A DNA stretch of 64,000 nt from a virus, in IMG/VR virus record IMGVR_UViG_3300008267_000006, positions 47,488-111,487 of that record. One strand, given 5' to 3'. Under the pieces are notes generated by a model. That model was not told the origin of the DNA and did not search any database. It worked only from the letters and a program-made list of their open reading frames with translations. This document shows positions 19,581-27,830 of the stretch, piece after piece (the stretch's first letter is position 1; the number at the start of each line of letters is the position of its first letter). Position numbers and translations under genes: made by a program.

Positions 19581-22500
19581 TTACTTCTTTCTTTTTTGTT
19601 AAAAAGCCGCTCATAGAGCTTAATTTATCTTGCACTTCATTTAATAACTGCTCATCTTTTTCAAAAAGATCGCGTTCATAAGTTTCGCCAACAATTCCTC
19701 TTGATAGTGTTCTTAGTCCAGATGACTTAAATGTATTATTTGCTTTTGTTGTTGTTCTTAACGCAGCTAAAGCTTTAAGACTATTTGTTCTTGATCCACC
19801 AGAATAGTTTGGAGAAGCAACAGGTGTATATTCTTTACCCTTTGCACCTGGTGACGTATGAGAAGGCTTAACTGCATATGGATCTTCGCGTCTAGCTGGA
19901 GCTGCTAATAACGGATTTCCAGGTTCTCCAGGGGGAGGAGATGCTTCTGCTCCACCTTCTGCTGGTGGTGTTTCTGTTTCTGGTGCAGGCGTTTCTCCAG
20001 TTGACGCATCACCTCCAGATGGCATTCCACCACCACCGCCACTAGCGGCAGCAGCTTCTTCTTGACCAGCTGCTTCAAGTGATTTAGTAAATGCACTATC
20101 GTAATATAGATCTCTTTGAATTCTAACGAATTCATCATCATGCATCTTAAATATATTTTCATATATCCAACGCTTGCTGAATCCTTGTTCTTTTGAAGTG
20201 CCTGCTATTTCTAATTGTGCTTTAAAATGCTCAATTTCTTGCATTTCTGCTAATTTTGAAGGATTTTGTAGATTTATTTTAAATTTAATTAAATCATCAT
20301 TTCTAAATCCTAAAGTATATAAGTGAATCATACCTATTTTTTCTAATTCGCTTATAAGTGTTCTTTGAAGACGTTGTATTGTTCTAGCAAATCTCATGTC
20401 TTTTTGAGCAAGGGTTGTTTTATCTTCAGCTGCACCCTCTCCTCTAGAAAGATAAGCTTGTGGAATTTTTATAGCTGAAAACAGTTTGTCTCTTAGGTAT
20501 TTTACGTCTTCAATTGCACTAGTAAATTGACCACCAGGTAAATTTTCTATCTTTGTTCCGCTCGCTTGCCCACGAACTGGAATATAGAAATCTTCATCTA
20601 TACTCATTGGGTTATAACGTAAATCAACTCGACCAGTTGTTGGGTCAACAATTTGATTACGTTTCATTTGTGTAATAATTTTTTGAACATATTGCTCAAC
20701 ATCTGCTGGGGCAATATTACCAACATCAATATAAAACACTCTACGTTCTGGGCTTCTAACAATACGGTAAGCCATCATGGCATCTTCCATCAAATTTAAT
20801 TGACGCCAGATACGACGGGCTGGTTCTAGAACTGATGTACCGTATGGAGCATATTTATCTTGCCCAAGAATACGAAAATGTGCAATTTGCCAATTTTCAA
20901 ATGTTAATCCAGCTGTATTCCATTGAAATTGAACATAATTTGGGTTACTTTCATCTTCACCTTCTATTCTTTCTACTTCTGGGGAAGGCAATCCAAGAAC
21001 GTTTTTGATGCCTAACTTTTCATCAATATCAAGATATAGGAAAAAATCTCCAAATTTACACATTGTACGGCACCAACCATACAAATTTTGTTCTACATTA
21101 AGAATTTTATAATATAGGGTATGTAAAAGAGATCTAATTTCTTCATTTTTACAGTCAATAACAAGAAGAGGTCTAAAAAGATTAGAAGTTGTCATCTCGT
21201 CAGCATAAATATCTAATGCTGATGCAATCTCAGGTGTATTATGAGAAATAATTGAATCAGTAGCAAAATTTTTATAGCCGTCTACAGTTAAATCATAAAG
21301 ATCAATAAAGCCATAATACTCTACTGATTGAACTTTGTGATTTTGATAATTTTCTTCAAAATCCTTAAATGTTTTAAATCCATTAGATTTTATTCTATTT
21401 TTTACTTTTATTTCTGTTGTTTCTAATCTGTGAGCAATGTCGGCCATCTTCATGCCTTTTTCATAGACTGAACAAATCTTTTCAAAATTTAAACTATGGT
21501 CATACCTTGGATTTTTATTGCCAGTATTATCACAACCAGCATTTTTCCAATCAGGACTATACGCTTTTGCAAACATTTCAAAGTTTACGAAACCTTTTGC
21601 TTTTAGTTTGCGCTTGATTGTTGGAGGTTCTGTATCGAGCATTTTACAGATATTATTTTGATGGAATCCATAAATGTCGCAAAGATAGAGTATTTTCTCG
21701 AAAGTAATATCTTTACGCTCTGCCGGATTATTTTGTTTCATATATTCTGAATGCTTTTTACGGAACTCCTCCCACCAGCCACTATTTTTTCTTTGTTCGT
21801 TAATAATAGATTGATGATATGCTAAATGAGCATCATTATTCATAATCTCTAGATTATCAGGGCTATTATCATATTTGATGAAGTTTTTGTGATGTACAAC
21901 TTCATTTGTATCTATTCTACGCCCTGCAATCCATTCTGCTATTAGTATATGTTCAGCAATCCACCCCTTTTTACGACCTTCATCGTTGTGCATAGTATAA
22001 ATCCAGCGATATCCATCACCTTCATCTTTTTGTCCACGTATTAAATCTTTACGATAGAAAGGCATCATAGCATCGCCAGTCTTTAAATCAGATATGGTTC
22101 TATAAGTACCATCCCTCATCATAAGACGATGATCGGCAGTACCAATAATATATTGACCATTTTCAAAAGTTACTTTCCAAGCATGGTCGGTGCGCGTTTT
22201 TCTTGCTTGTCTACCTAGTGCTGGTACTATTTGTTGTTTTGAGTGATCAAACGAATAGACTATGAATTCTTTATCTAGTCCATATTCACTTGTTAATTCT
22301 TTTAATGTTTTGTAACCGCCAGGTACGGCAATCTTAGTATCTCCATGTAAGCAAAATTCCATTTGATCAAAGTCAGAATACCTTTCGGCACGACTTTGGT
22401 TAGCCATAATGTTACTTTGGATAGCTTCAAAGGGATTGTAGCTTTTCTTTTTAAAGCTTTGACCACTGGCGGATGTAAATTTAAAGCGATCTAGATCTCT

Positions 22501-22668
22501 TCTTTTATATCTAATTTGAGATTGTTGTCTATAAGACGTTACAGGACCAGAAAATAATCTTGTTAGGGCAACATAAAGTGCCGATTCTTTATTTTTTGGA
22601 TTCTTTTCAGAAACATCTTGACTTGGTGCGGTGTTTCTATTCATGTTAGACTGTGAATTTGTAGCCAT
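19555..22668 (-). CDS. Portal protein (T4 gp20-like) interrupted by an intein
   Basis: PEIASALDIYAD, PYGTSVLE.ARR.WRQL.LMEDAM..YRI.RSPERRVFYIDVGN, EDFYIPVRG and IENLPGG motifs. Confidence 0.97.
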   Translation of the reverse strand: MATNSQSNMNRNTAPSQDVSEKNPKNKESALYVALTRLFSGPVTSYRQQSQIRYKRRDLDRFKFTSASGQSFKKKSYNPFEAIQSNIMANQSRAERYSDFDQMEFCLHGDTKIAVPGGYKTLKELTSEYGLDKEFIVYSFDHSKQQIVPALGRQARKTRTDHAWKVTFENGQYIIGTADHRLMMRDGTYRTISDLKTGDAMMPFYRKDLIRGQKDEGDGYRWIYTMHNDEGRKKGWIAEHILIAEWIAGRRIDTNEVVHHKNFIKYDNSPDNLEIMNNDAHLAYHQSIINEQRKNSGWWEEFRKKHSEYMKQNNPAERKDITFEKILYLCDIYGFHQNNICKMLDTEPPTIKRKLKAKGFVNFEMFAKAYSPDWKNAGCDNTGNKNPRYDHSLNFEKICSVYEKGMKMADIAHRLETTEIKVKNRIKSNGFKTFKDFEENYQNHKVQSVEYYGFIDLYDLTVDGYKNFATDSIISHNTPEIASALDIYADEMTTSNLFRPLLVIDCKNEEIRSLLHTLYYKILNVEQNLYGWCRTMCKFGDFFLYLDIDEKLGIKNVLGLPSPEVERIEGEDESNPNYVQFQWNTAGLTFENWQIAHFRILGQDKYAPYGTSVLEPARRIWRQLNLMEDAMMAYRIVRSPERRVFYIDVGNIAPADVEQYVQKIITQMKRNQIVDPTTGRVDLRYNPMSIDEDFYIPVRGQASGTKIENLPGGQFTSAIEDVKYLRDKLFSAIKIPQAYLSRGEGAAEDKTTLAQKDMRFARTIQRLQRTLISELEKIGMIHLYTLGFRNDDLIKFKINLQNPSKLAEMQEIEHFKAQLEIAGTSKEQGFSKRWIYENIFKMHDDEFVRIQRDLYYDSAFTKSLEAAGQEEAAAASGGGGGMPSGGDASTGETPAPETETPPAEGGAEASPPPGEPGNPLLAAPARREDPYAVKPSHTSPGAKGKEYTPVASPNYSGGSRTNSLKALAALRTTTKANNTFKSSGLRTLSRGIVGETYERDLFEKDEQLLNEVQDKLSSMSGFLTKKKEVIGDKKDES
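21238..22353 (-). mobile_element. 372-aa intein with HNH homing endonuclease in the portal gene
   Basis: Block A CLHGDTKI, block B GTADHRLM, block F DLYDLTV, block G IISHN followed by Thr+1. Internal EH.LIAE...VHHKNF.KYDN..DNL HNH motif. Confidence 0.93.
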
Positions 22669-22671
22669 ATT

Positions 22672-24249
22672 TTAACCTTTTAACAACCATAAATGTTCTT
22701 TGTATACTTCTTGTGCTTGTCTCAACTTTTGCGAATGCTCGTATTGTCTCATACCATCTATAGAACTGTTAAGATAATTCTTACTTCTAGAAATAGAGTC
22801 TAAAAATGCTTTAGAATATTCCATACCTCTTTCATTGCTGATAATAGCTGTGTCTCTAACCCAGCAAGCTATTGCCAAACTCATGATAAGATCGTCATTA
22901 TATCCTCTTTGAGCTTCTGGTCTTCCATTGACCCAGAGAAATGTTTCCATTTCATTTATTGTTCTTAAAGAATTTACTTTTAACAATTTATTTCTAATAA
23001 ATTCATCTAATTTTGCAACTATAAGTGGTCGTGTTTTCATCGTTGTAGTAAAACCAGGAACGCTATTACTATTATATTGAGCAGATGTTTGATCCATATA
23101 ATCATGAGATGCTTTTGTTGAATAATAGATATTTGAATATCTCATATCTACTAATTTAGTAATAACAGAATAACCTATGTTATTGTTTTCAACAACAACC
23201 ATGCAGCCGCCATATTCCATGCCAACATCATTTATTAATTTAGCAAAGGTGTCTGGATCTATTTTTCCTTGATATTCTGCAACTTGTTCCATTGTTTTTA
23301 CGTCAATAACGTGGAACACAGAAAAGTCTTTTCCATCACCACGCGCAACGTCTGCAACTAATAGGTAACTTCCACCATTTTCATATGGTTTCCAAACATG
23401 ATAATTTCTATCTATCCAAGTTTTATAAACTGGTTCTTTATATAATTCTCTTAATCTTAAAATGTCATCACCGTGTATAACGGTTTCACCTGACGCATTG
23501 AAATTGCATTCAAATTCTTGTGCAATCTCGCGCTTTGACATATTTTTAGTAATACTATCAAACCACTCCTGAGTATATTCAGGATGTACAGTCCAAGGTA
23601 GTTTAGTTGGTTTAAAGTTATTTGAACCGGCTTCTGCATCTACATAAGTTTTATGAAACCAGTTACCAACGCCGTTAGGAGTTGAAAGAGCAATACAGCG
23701 ACCACCAGTAGAAACCGTAGGTAATAACCCAGTCCAAAGCTCATCCATATCATCAACGAATGCAGCTTCGTCAATAATAAGTAAGGAGAGTGCTTGACCA
23801 CGGCCAGCATCTTTTGAAGTTGGAACGCCTTGTATTTTTGATCCATTACTTAATTCAAATTTTGTTCTGTTGTTTGTTGTAACAGTTGCTATTTTTAAGA
23901 AATCTGGTACACTCTCTACCATATCTCTAACTTTATCAACAATTTCAATTGCAGTATTTTGTTTTGTTGCCATGACAAGAACATTTTTTTCTTTATAGAA
24001 CAACATCATCCATGCAACATAACCAGAAACAATTGTTGAAATTCCTAATTGACGACCTTTTAAAATAACGTTATATCTAAAATCATGAAAATCTTTCAAA
24101 AGTTCTTTTTGAAATTTAAAAGTTCTAAATGGAATAACTCCTCTTTCTTGATGAATAATTTTTGCATAATTATCCAAAAAATAAGCAGGATCTCTTCCGC
24201 ATTTTAGAATTTCTTTTTTTATTTCTTCTTTTGAAAATTTATAAGACAT
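22672..24249 (-). CDS. terL: Terminase large subunit (T4 gp17-like)
   Basis: LKGRQLGIST Walker A region, LIIDEAAF Walker B, STPNG coupling motif, ADVARGDGKD nuclease motif and DDLIMSLAI. Confidence 0.97.
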   Translation of the reverse strand: MSYKFSKEEIKKEILKCGRDPAYFLDNYAKIIHQERGVIPFRTFKFQKELLKDFHDFRYNVILKGRQLGISTIVSGYVAWMMLFYKEKNVLVMATKQNTAIEIVDKVRDMVESVPDFLKIATVTTNNRTKFELSNGSKIQGVPTSKDAGRGQALSLLIIDEAAFVDDMDELWTGLLPTVSTGGRCIALSTPNGVGNWFHKTYVDAEAGSNNFKPTKLPWTVHPEYTQEWFDSITKNMSKREIAQEFECNFNASGETVIHGDDILRLRELYKEPVYKTWIDRNYHVWKPYENGGSYLLVADVARGDGKDFSVFHVIDVKTMEQVAEYQGKIDPDTFAKLINDVGMEYGGCMVVVENNNIGYSVITKLVDMRYSNIYYSTKASHDYMDQTSAQYNSNSVPGFTTTMKTRPLIVAKLDEFIRNKLLKVNSLRTINEMETFLWVNGRPEAQRGYNDDLIMSLAIACWVRDTAIISNERGMEYSKAFLDSISRSKNYLNSSIDGMRQYEHSQKLRQAQEVYKEHLWLLKG

Positions 24250-24253
24250 TGAA

Positions 24254-24763
24254 CTACTTCTTTCTTACATTCATTAACCAGCCTTTAGCCATCTCTGCAT
24301 AATGATCTCTTTGGCTATCAACTTGTTTTTTATTTATTTTTTCTTTTGGCATGTCCATATTTTCAATTTTATATGTTTGAACAGCGTTAACATAACAAGT
24401 TCTACGATTGGCTGATTGAACCATGATATTAATATCACCTTGTTCTAATAAGCTAAGTTGTGACTTGGTAACTTTTTTATATTCTGTTTTAATATGGCTA
24501 ATGATATCTTTTACAGTTTTACGAACATCTGTTTCAAAATTTTTATCATGAACTGCTGTTAATGGCATTTCACAATGATATTTTAATAATAGATTATTTC
24601 CTTGGAATTGAACACCAAATCCATCAATAATTCTTGGATCGTAAATTGATACGCCTTGTAGAAGGTTTTCACTTTCTCTTTTTAAACCAAATTCTGTTCC
24701 ACCTTCATGTTTTGCATGAATGGCTTGTTGAATTCCTGTTATTACTTCCATGACATTCGCCAT
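24254..24763 (-). CDS. Hypothetical protein upstream of terL
   Basis: 169-aa ORF tightly packed in the operon; no recognisable motif. Confidence 0.7.
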   Translation of the reverse strand: MANVMEVITGIQQAIHAKHEGGTEFGLKRESENLLQGVSIYDPRIIDGFGVQFQGNNLLLKYHCEMPLTAVHDKNFETDVRKTVKDIISHIKTEYKKVTKSQLSLLEQGDINIMVQSANRRTCYVNAVQTYKIENMDMPKEKINKKQVDSQRDHYAEMAKGWLMNVRKK

Positions 24764-24764
24764 T

Positions 24765-25106
24765 TTATTTGTCCTCTATGTTGCAAACATAACATTTATA
24801 ACATGTTTTAAACTTATTTAAATATAGATCATCTTTTTTATTAAATGAATATTTTTTACACAACTTACAAGTATTATTTTCATTTTTATTTAAAAGATTT
24901 TTTGGTATTAAAATACCATCTACTTCTATTTTTTCTTGCGTTTTGCTGTTTAAATATTCTTTTTTCTGTGCTTCTTTAACACTTTGTATATATTCTTTTT
25001 CTTTTTCATCATCCCAAAACTGCTTTGGATTTATAGTAGCTTCGTTGCCATATTTTTCACGAACAGCTTTTTCTAAACCTTGAATAAAATTAATATCTCT
25101 TGGCAT
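24765..25106 (-). CDS. Hypothetical protein with C-terminal Cys cluster (putative Zn finger)
   Basis: CKLC...CYKCYVC. Confidence 0.7.
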   Translation of the reverse strand: MPRDINFIQGLEKAVREKYGNEATINPKQFWDDEKEKEYIQSVKEAQKKEYLNSKTQEKIEVDGILIPKNLLNKNENNTCKLCKKYSFNKKDDLYLNKFKTCYKCYVCNIEDK

Positions 25107-25108
25107 TA

Positions 25109-26044
25109 TTATCTCATTTTTAATTTTATAACTTTAGCTTTTTTAGAAATTGGTGATAATCCTTCTTCTGCTCTTCCTTTTTGTCGATCAGCATCTTCTG
25201 CTGATTTCTTTTGTTCAGGAGTTCTAGTATCTGGTGCGATATCTTTTGGTTGAACTTGCGGTTGTTTACTAGCATTTGCTTGTCTTTGTTGACCAACAGC
25301 ATCTAATCTTGCAGCTTTTTCAGTATCAGATGCTGTTACTCTTTGTTCAGTTCCGTGATCTTGAGCTAGTTGAAAAATATTTGGGATATTTGCTTTCATG
25401 GTTTGATCAGTTAGTGCATCAATAACCTCTTGTGACTTGGAATATTTACCACCTTCGTACTGTGATAAGAATGTCATTACAAATTTTGAAACTTCCGCTC
25501 TCCCAGTTCCTTCTTTTACTGTGGCAGATTTTTGTTTTATAAATTCATTATAAGCATTTGCAATCATTAGTGCAGTTTTTCTATCTATTGCGTTTGCTAA
25601 ACCAACTCTTCCTTTGCTTGCAGCATTTGAAATTGCTGCCGCTACTGCATTTGCGTTAATAGAACCACCAGAAGATGATGGTGTCGCCGGTGATGCAGTT
25701 GCTTTTGCATCATCTTTTCCTTCCTCATCATCTAAACCTTTGTTAAGTATATCATCTTTAAATGCTATTTTTGTATCAGCACCAGCGCCACTTGTTCCCC
25801 AATTCTTAATTTTACCATAAAGAGCTAAAATTTCCTCTTTTGACATACCAAAAGATTTCAAAAGTTTAGCAACAGTGTCGGGAGTTGCGTTTTTATCCTC
25901 TGGCTTTTCAGCAGAATCAGCAGGTTTTTCCTGTGAAGCAGATGGATCTTGTGGTTGGGCAGCTGCTTCATCTTCAAATACTGCTCCATAACTTTCTTTT
26001 AATAAGAATTTACCGTTTTTAAATCTAAAAGTATATTTTTCCAT
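25109..26044 (-). CDS. Hypothetical low-complexity protein, putative internal head protein
   Basis: Start re-assigned to ATG 26044 (SD AAGGA, MEKYTFRFKNGKFLLKE), which removes the overlap with the upstream gene. Confidence 0.7.
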   Translation of the reverse strand: MEKYTFRFKNGKFLLKESYGAVFEDEAAAQPQDPSASQEKPADSAEKPEDKNATPDTVAKLLKSFGMSKEEILALYGKIKNWGTSGAGADTKIAFKDDILNKGLDDEEGKDDAKATASPATPSSSGGSINANAVAAAISNAASKGRVGLANAIDRKTALMIANAYNEFIKQKSATVKEGTGRAEVSKFVMTFLSQYEGGKYSKSQEVIDALTDQTMKANIPNIFQLAQDHGTEQRVTASDTEKAARLDAVGQQRQANASKQPQVQPKDIAPDTRTPEQKKSAEDADRQKGRAEEGLSPISKKAKVIKLKMR

Positions 26045-26054
26045 TATTATTTCC

Positions 26055-26753
26055 TTAAGCTGTTTCTTCTGGTGATTCTTCTGGCTTTTCAGCTGGTGCT
26101 TCTGCTGGTTTTTCGGTTGGCGGTTTAAAAGGTGGTAACTTGCTTGCCTTACGATCAACTGCATTAGCTAGCATTGAACCAAAAGTAAATAATTGTTTTT
26201 GATCAGCAAATTTTTCTCCAACTTTTGGTTCGGCTTTTAATACTTTTTCATATAAACTATCTGGACCGCGAACAGACATAAGCATTTTAAAATCTAATAC
26301 TGATATATCATTATAAACTTCTACAAAATAAGCGTCAGCCTCGCTCATCTCTTCTATTTGAGGATATTTAGCTTTTGCTTCTCTGATAACTGCTATTACT
26401 TTTGAGAGCGCAGTTGCAATTATTGTACTTGGTCTACCACCTAATGCAGCTGCTTTTGCTTGATCTTGGCTAGCTTCTTTTAATTTTTTTGCAGTTTCAT
26501 TTAATTCTTGTTTAGCGGCATTATATTTTTCTATAAAATCTTTTTTCTCTTGCTCGTTTTCTATTTTTTCTGCACCTTCAGTTGCAGCTTTATCGGCATC
26601 TTTTAATTTTTTATCACCTTTTTGTAGGTCACTTTTCATCATAGCATAAAAAACTCCAAGTGCCATAACTAGAACAGAAAATAATGCCACAACAGCCATT
26701 GCTACGCCAACTATTTCATTTACTTGTTTTTTCTTTCCTATTTTTATTTTCAT
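26055..26753 (-). CDS. Protein with basic leader, one transmembrane helix and coiled coil
   Basis: MKIKIGKKKQVNE followed by IVGVAMAVVALFSVLVMALGVFYAMM; late motif ACTATTTATA at 26779-26788. Confidence 0.7.
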   Translation of the reverse strand: MKIKIGKKKQVNEIVGVAMAVVALFSVLVMALGVFYAMMKSDLQKGDKKLKDADKAATEGAEKIENEQEKKDFIEKYNAAKQELNETAKKLKEASQDQAKAAALGGRPSTIIATALSKVIAVIREAKAKYPQIEEMSEADAYFVEVYNDISVLDFKMLMSVRGPDSLYEKVLKAEPKVGEKFADQKQLFTFGSMLANAVDRKASKLPPFKPPTEKPAEAPAEKPEESPEETA

Positions 26754-26769
26754 TAATTTTTTCCTTAAG

Positions 26770-27204
26770 TTAGTTTTTTATAAATAGTTTTCCAACTACT
26801 AAACCAGCTGTTGCGCTAATAATAATTGCAGAAATTAATTTAATATTGCTCCACATAAGTTCATTTTGATATGAATTTATGACATTTTGTTTTGCTTCTA
26901 GTTGTTTTTGATACATTTGTTTATCAGCAGAAATTTCTACATCTTTTGATTTTATAATTGACTCTAGATTTATTTTAACTCTTTTTAATTCCTCATCTTT
27001 TTCTGTTTTTAACAAATTTAATTTTGTTTGAACTTTAGCTAAAGTATTTGCCATGCCTTCATCTGAAAAAAGATAACCGTCATATGGAGCTGGTTGATCT
27101 TTTAAAACTTCTTGATAATCCCATTCCTCTTTATCTTCAGCGGATACTGTTGGGACATATAGAAATAAAACAGAAATAAGTGCTAACCATGCAGTTTTTT
27201 TCAT
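26770..27204 (-). CDS. Exported coiled-coil protein with C-terminal hydrophobic helix (spanin-like candidate)
   Basis: Signal peptide (…VSA/ED), APYDGYLF motif, coiled coil and C-terminal TM; ATGA overlap with the upstream gene. Confidence 0.55.
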   Translation of the reverse strand: MKKTAWLALISVLFLYVPTVSAEDKEEWDYQEVLKDQPAPYDGYLFSDEGMANTLAKVQTKLNLLKTEKDEELKRVKINLESIIKSKDVEISADKQMYQKQLEAKQNVINSYQNELMWSNIKLISAIIISATAGLVVGKLFIKN

Positions 27205-27563
27205 CTCTTTTTACCTTTCGCACCTATAATATTTTCTATCTCTTTTTTAAATCCTTTTTTATCATTTTTTGACATATCTTTAAATTTGTTTTTATTTTCT
27301 AGCTCTTCAAATTTTATATTGCATTTTTCTAGTTCTGTTTCTTTTGAAACAATTTCTTGTTTTAAATTTTTTTCTAGATTAATTTTTTCATTTTCTAATT
27401 TTGTTGTTATTTCTTTTATTTCTCTTGCGTGATTTTCTTGCTCTTCAAGAATTTTTTTTGAAACTTCATTTTTTATATGAGTTCTCACAAGCATAAAAAA
27501 AACAATTATACATATAATTTGTACAGCAGCTTTTATAATTGTTTTATAATTTTCGGGAATCAT
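27201..27563 (-). CDS. N-anchored coiled-coil membrane protein (i-spanin-like candidate)
   Basis: N-terminal TM then charged coiled coil; follows the holin-like gene. Confidence 0.55.
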   Translation of the reverse strand: MIPENYKTIIKAAVQIICIIVFFMLVRTHIKNEVSKKILEEQENHAREIKEITTKLENEKINLEKNLKQEIVSKETELEKCNIKFEELENKNKFKDMSKNDKKGFKKEIENIIGAKGKKR

Positions 27564-27826
27564 CTACCAGCTCCCTTCCACTTTACTGCAATATCTGCAA
27601 AGCCCTCTATACCAACATAGCCAAGAGTTATAGCGGCCCACTCATCTTGAGATATTTTTCCCATAACAAGAAAAGAGGACGAAACAAGCCAAACAAGAAA
27701 TTTTCTGCTTATAATTTTTTCAGTAATTATATCCAAAAAACCTCTATCGTTTGCATCTTCTCTCATTTCGTCCTCTATTTCTTTTTCAATATCTTTTATA
27801 ACACCTTGGTTTTGTTTCTTTTGCAT
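27560..27826 (-). CDS. Holin-like small membrane protein
   Basis: SRKFLVW..., two hydrophobic segments, YVGIEGFAD motif. Start re-assigned to ATG 27826 behind GGAGG. Confidence 0.6.
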   Translation of the reverse strand: MQKKQNQGVIKDIEKEIEDEMREDANDRGFLDIITEKIISRKFLVWLVSSSFLVMGKISQDEWAAITLGYVGIEGFADIAVKWKGAGR

Positions 27827-27830
27827 CCAT

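Noticed and set aside
26045-26164. Apparent 110-bp overlap between ORFs 25109-26164 and 26055-26753
   Set aside because: An SD-led ATG at 26044 gives a non-overlapping gene; the extension is an ORF-caller artefact.
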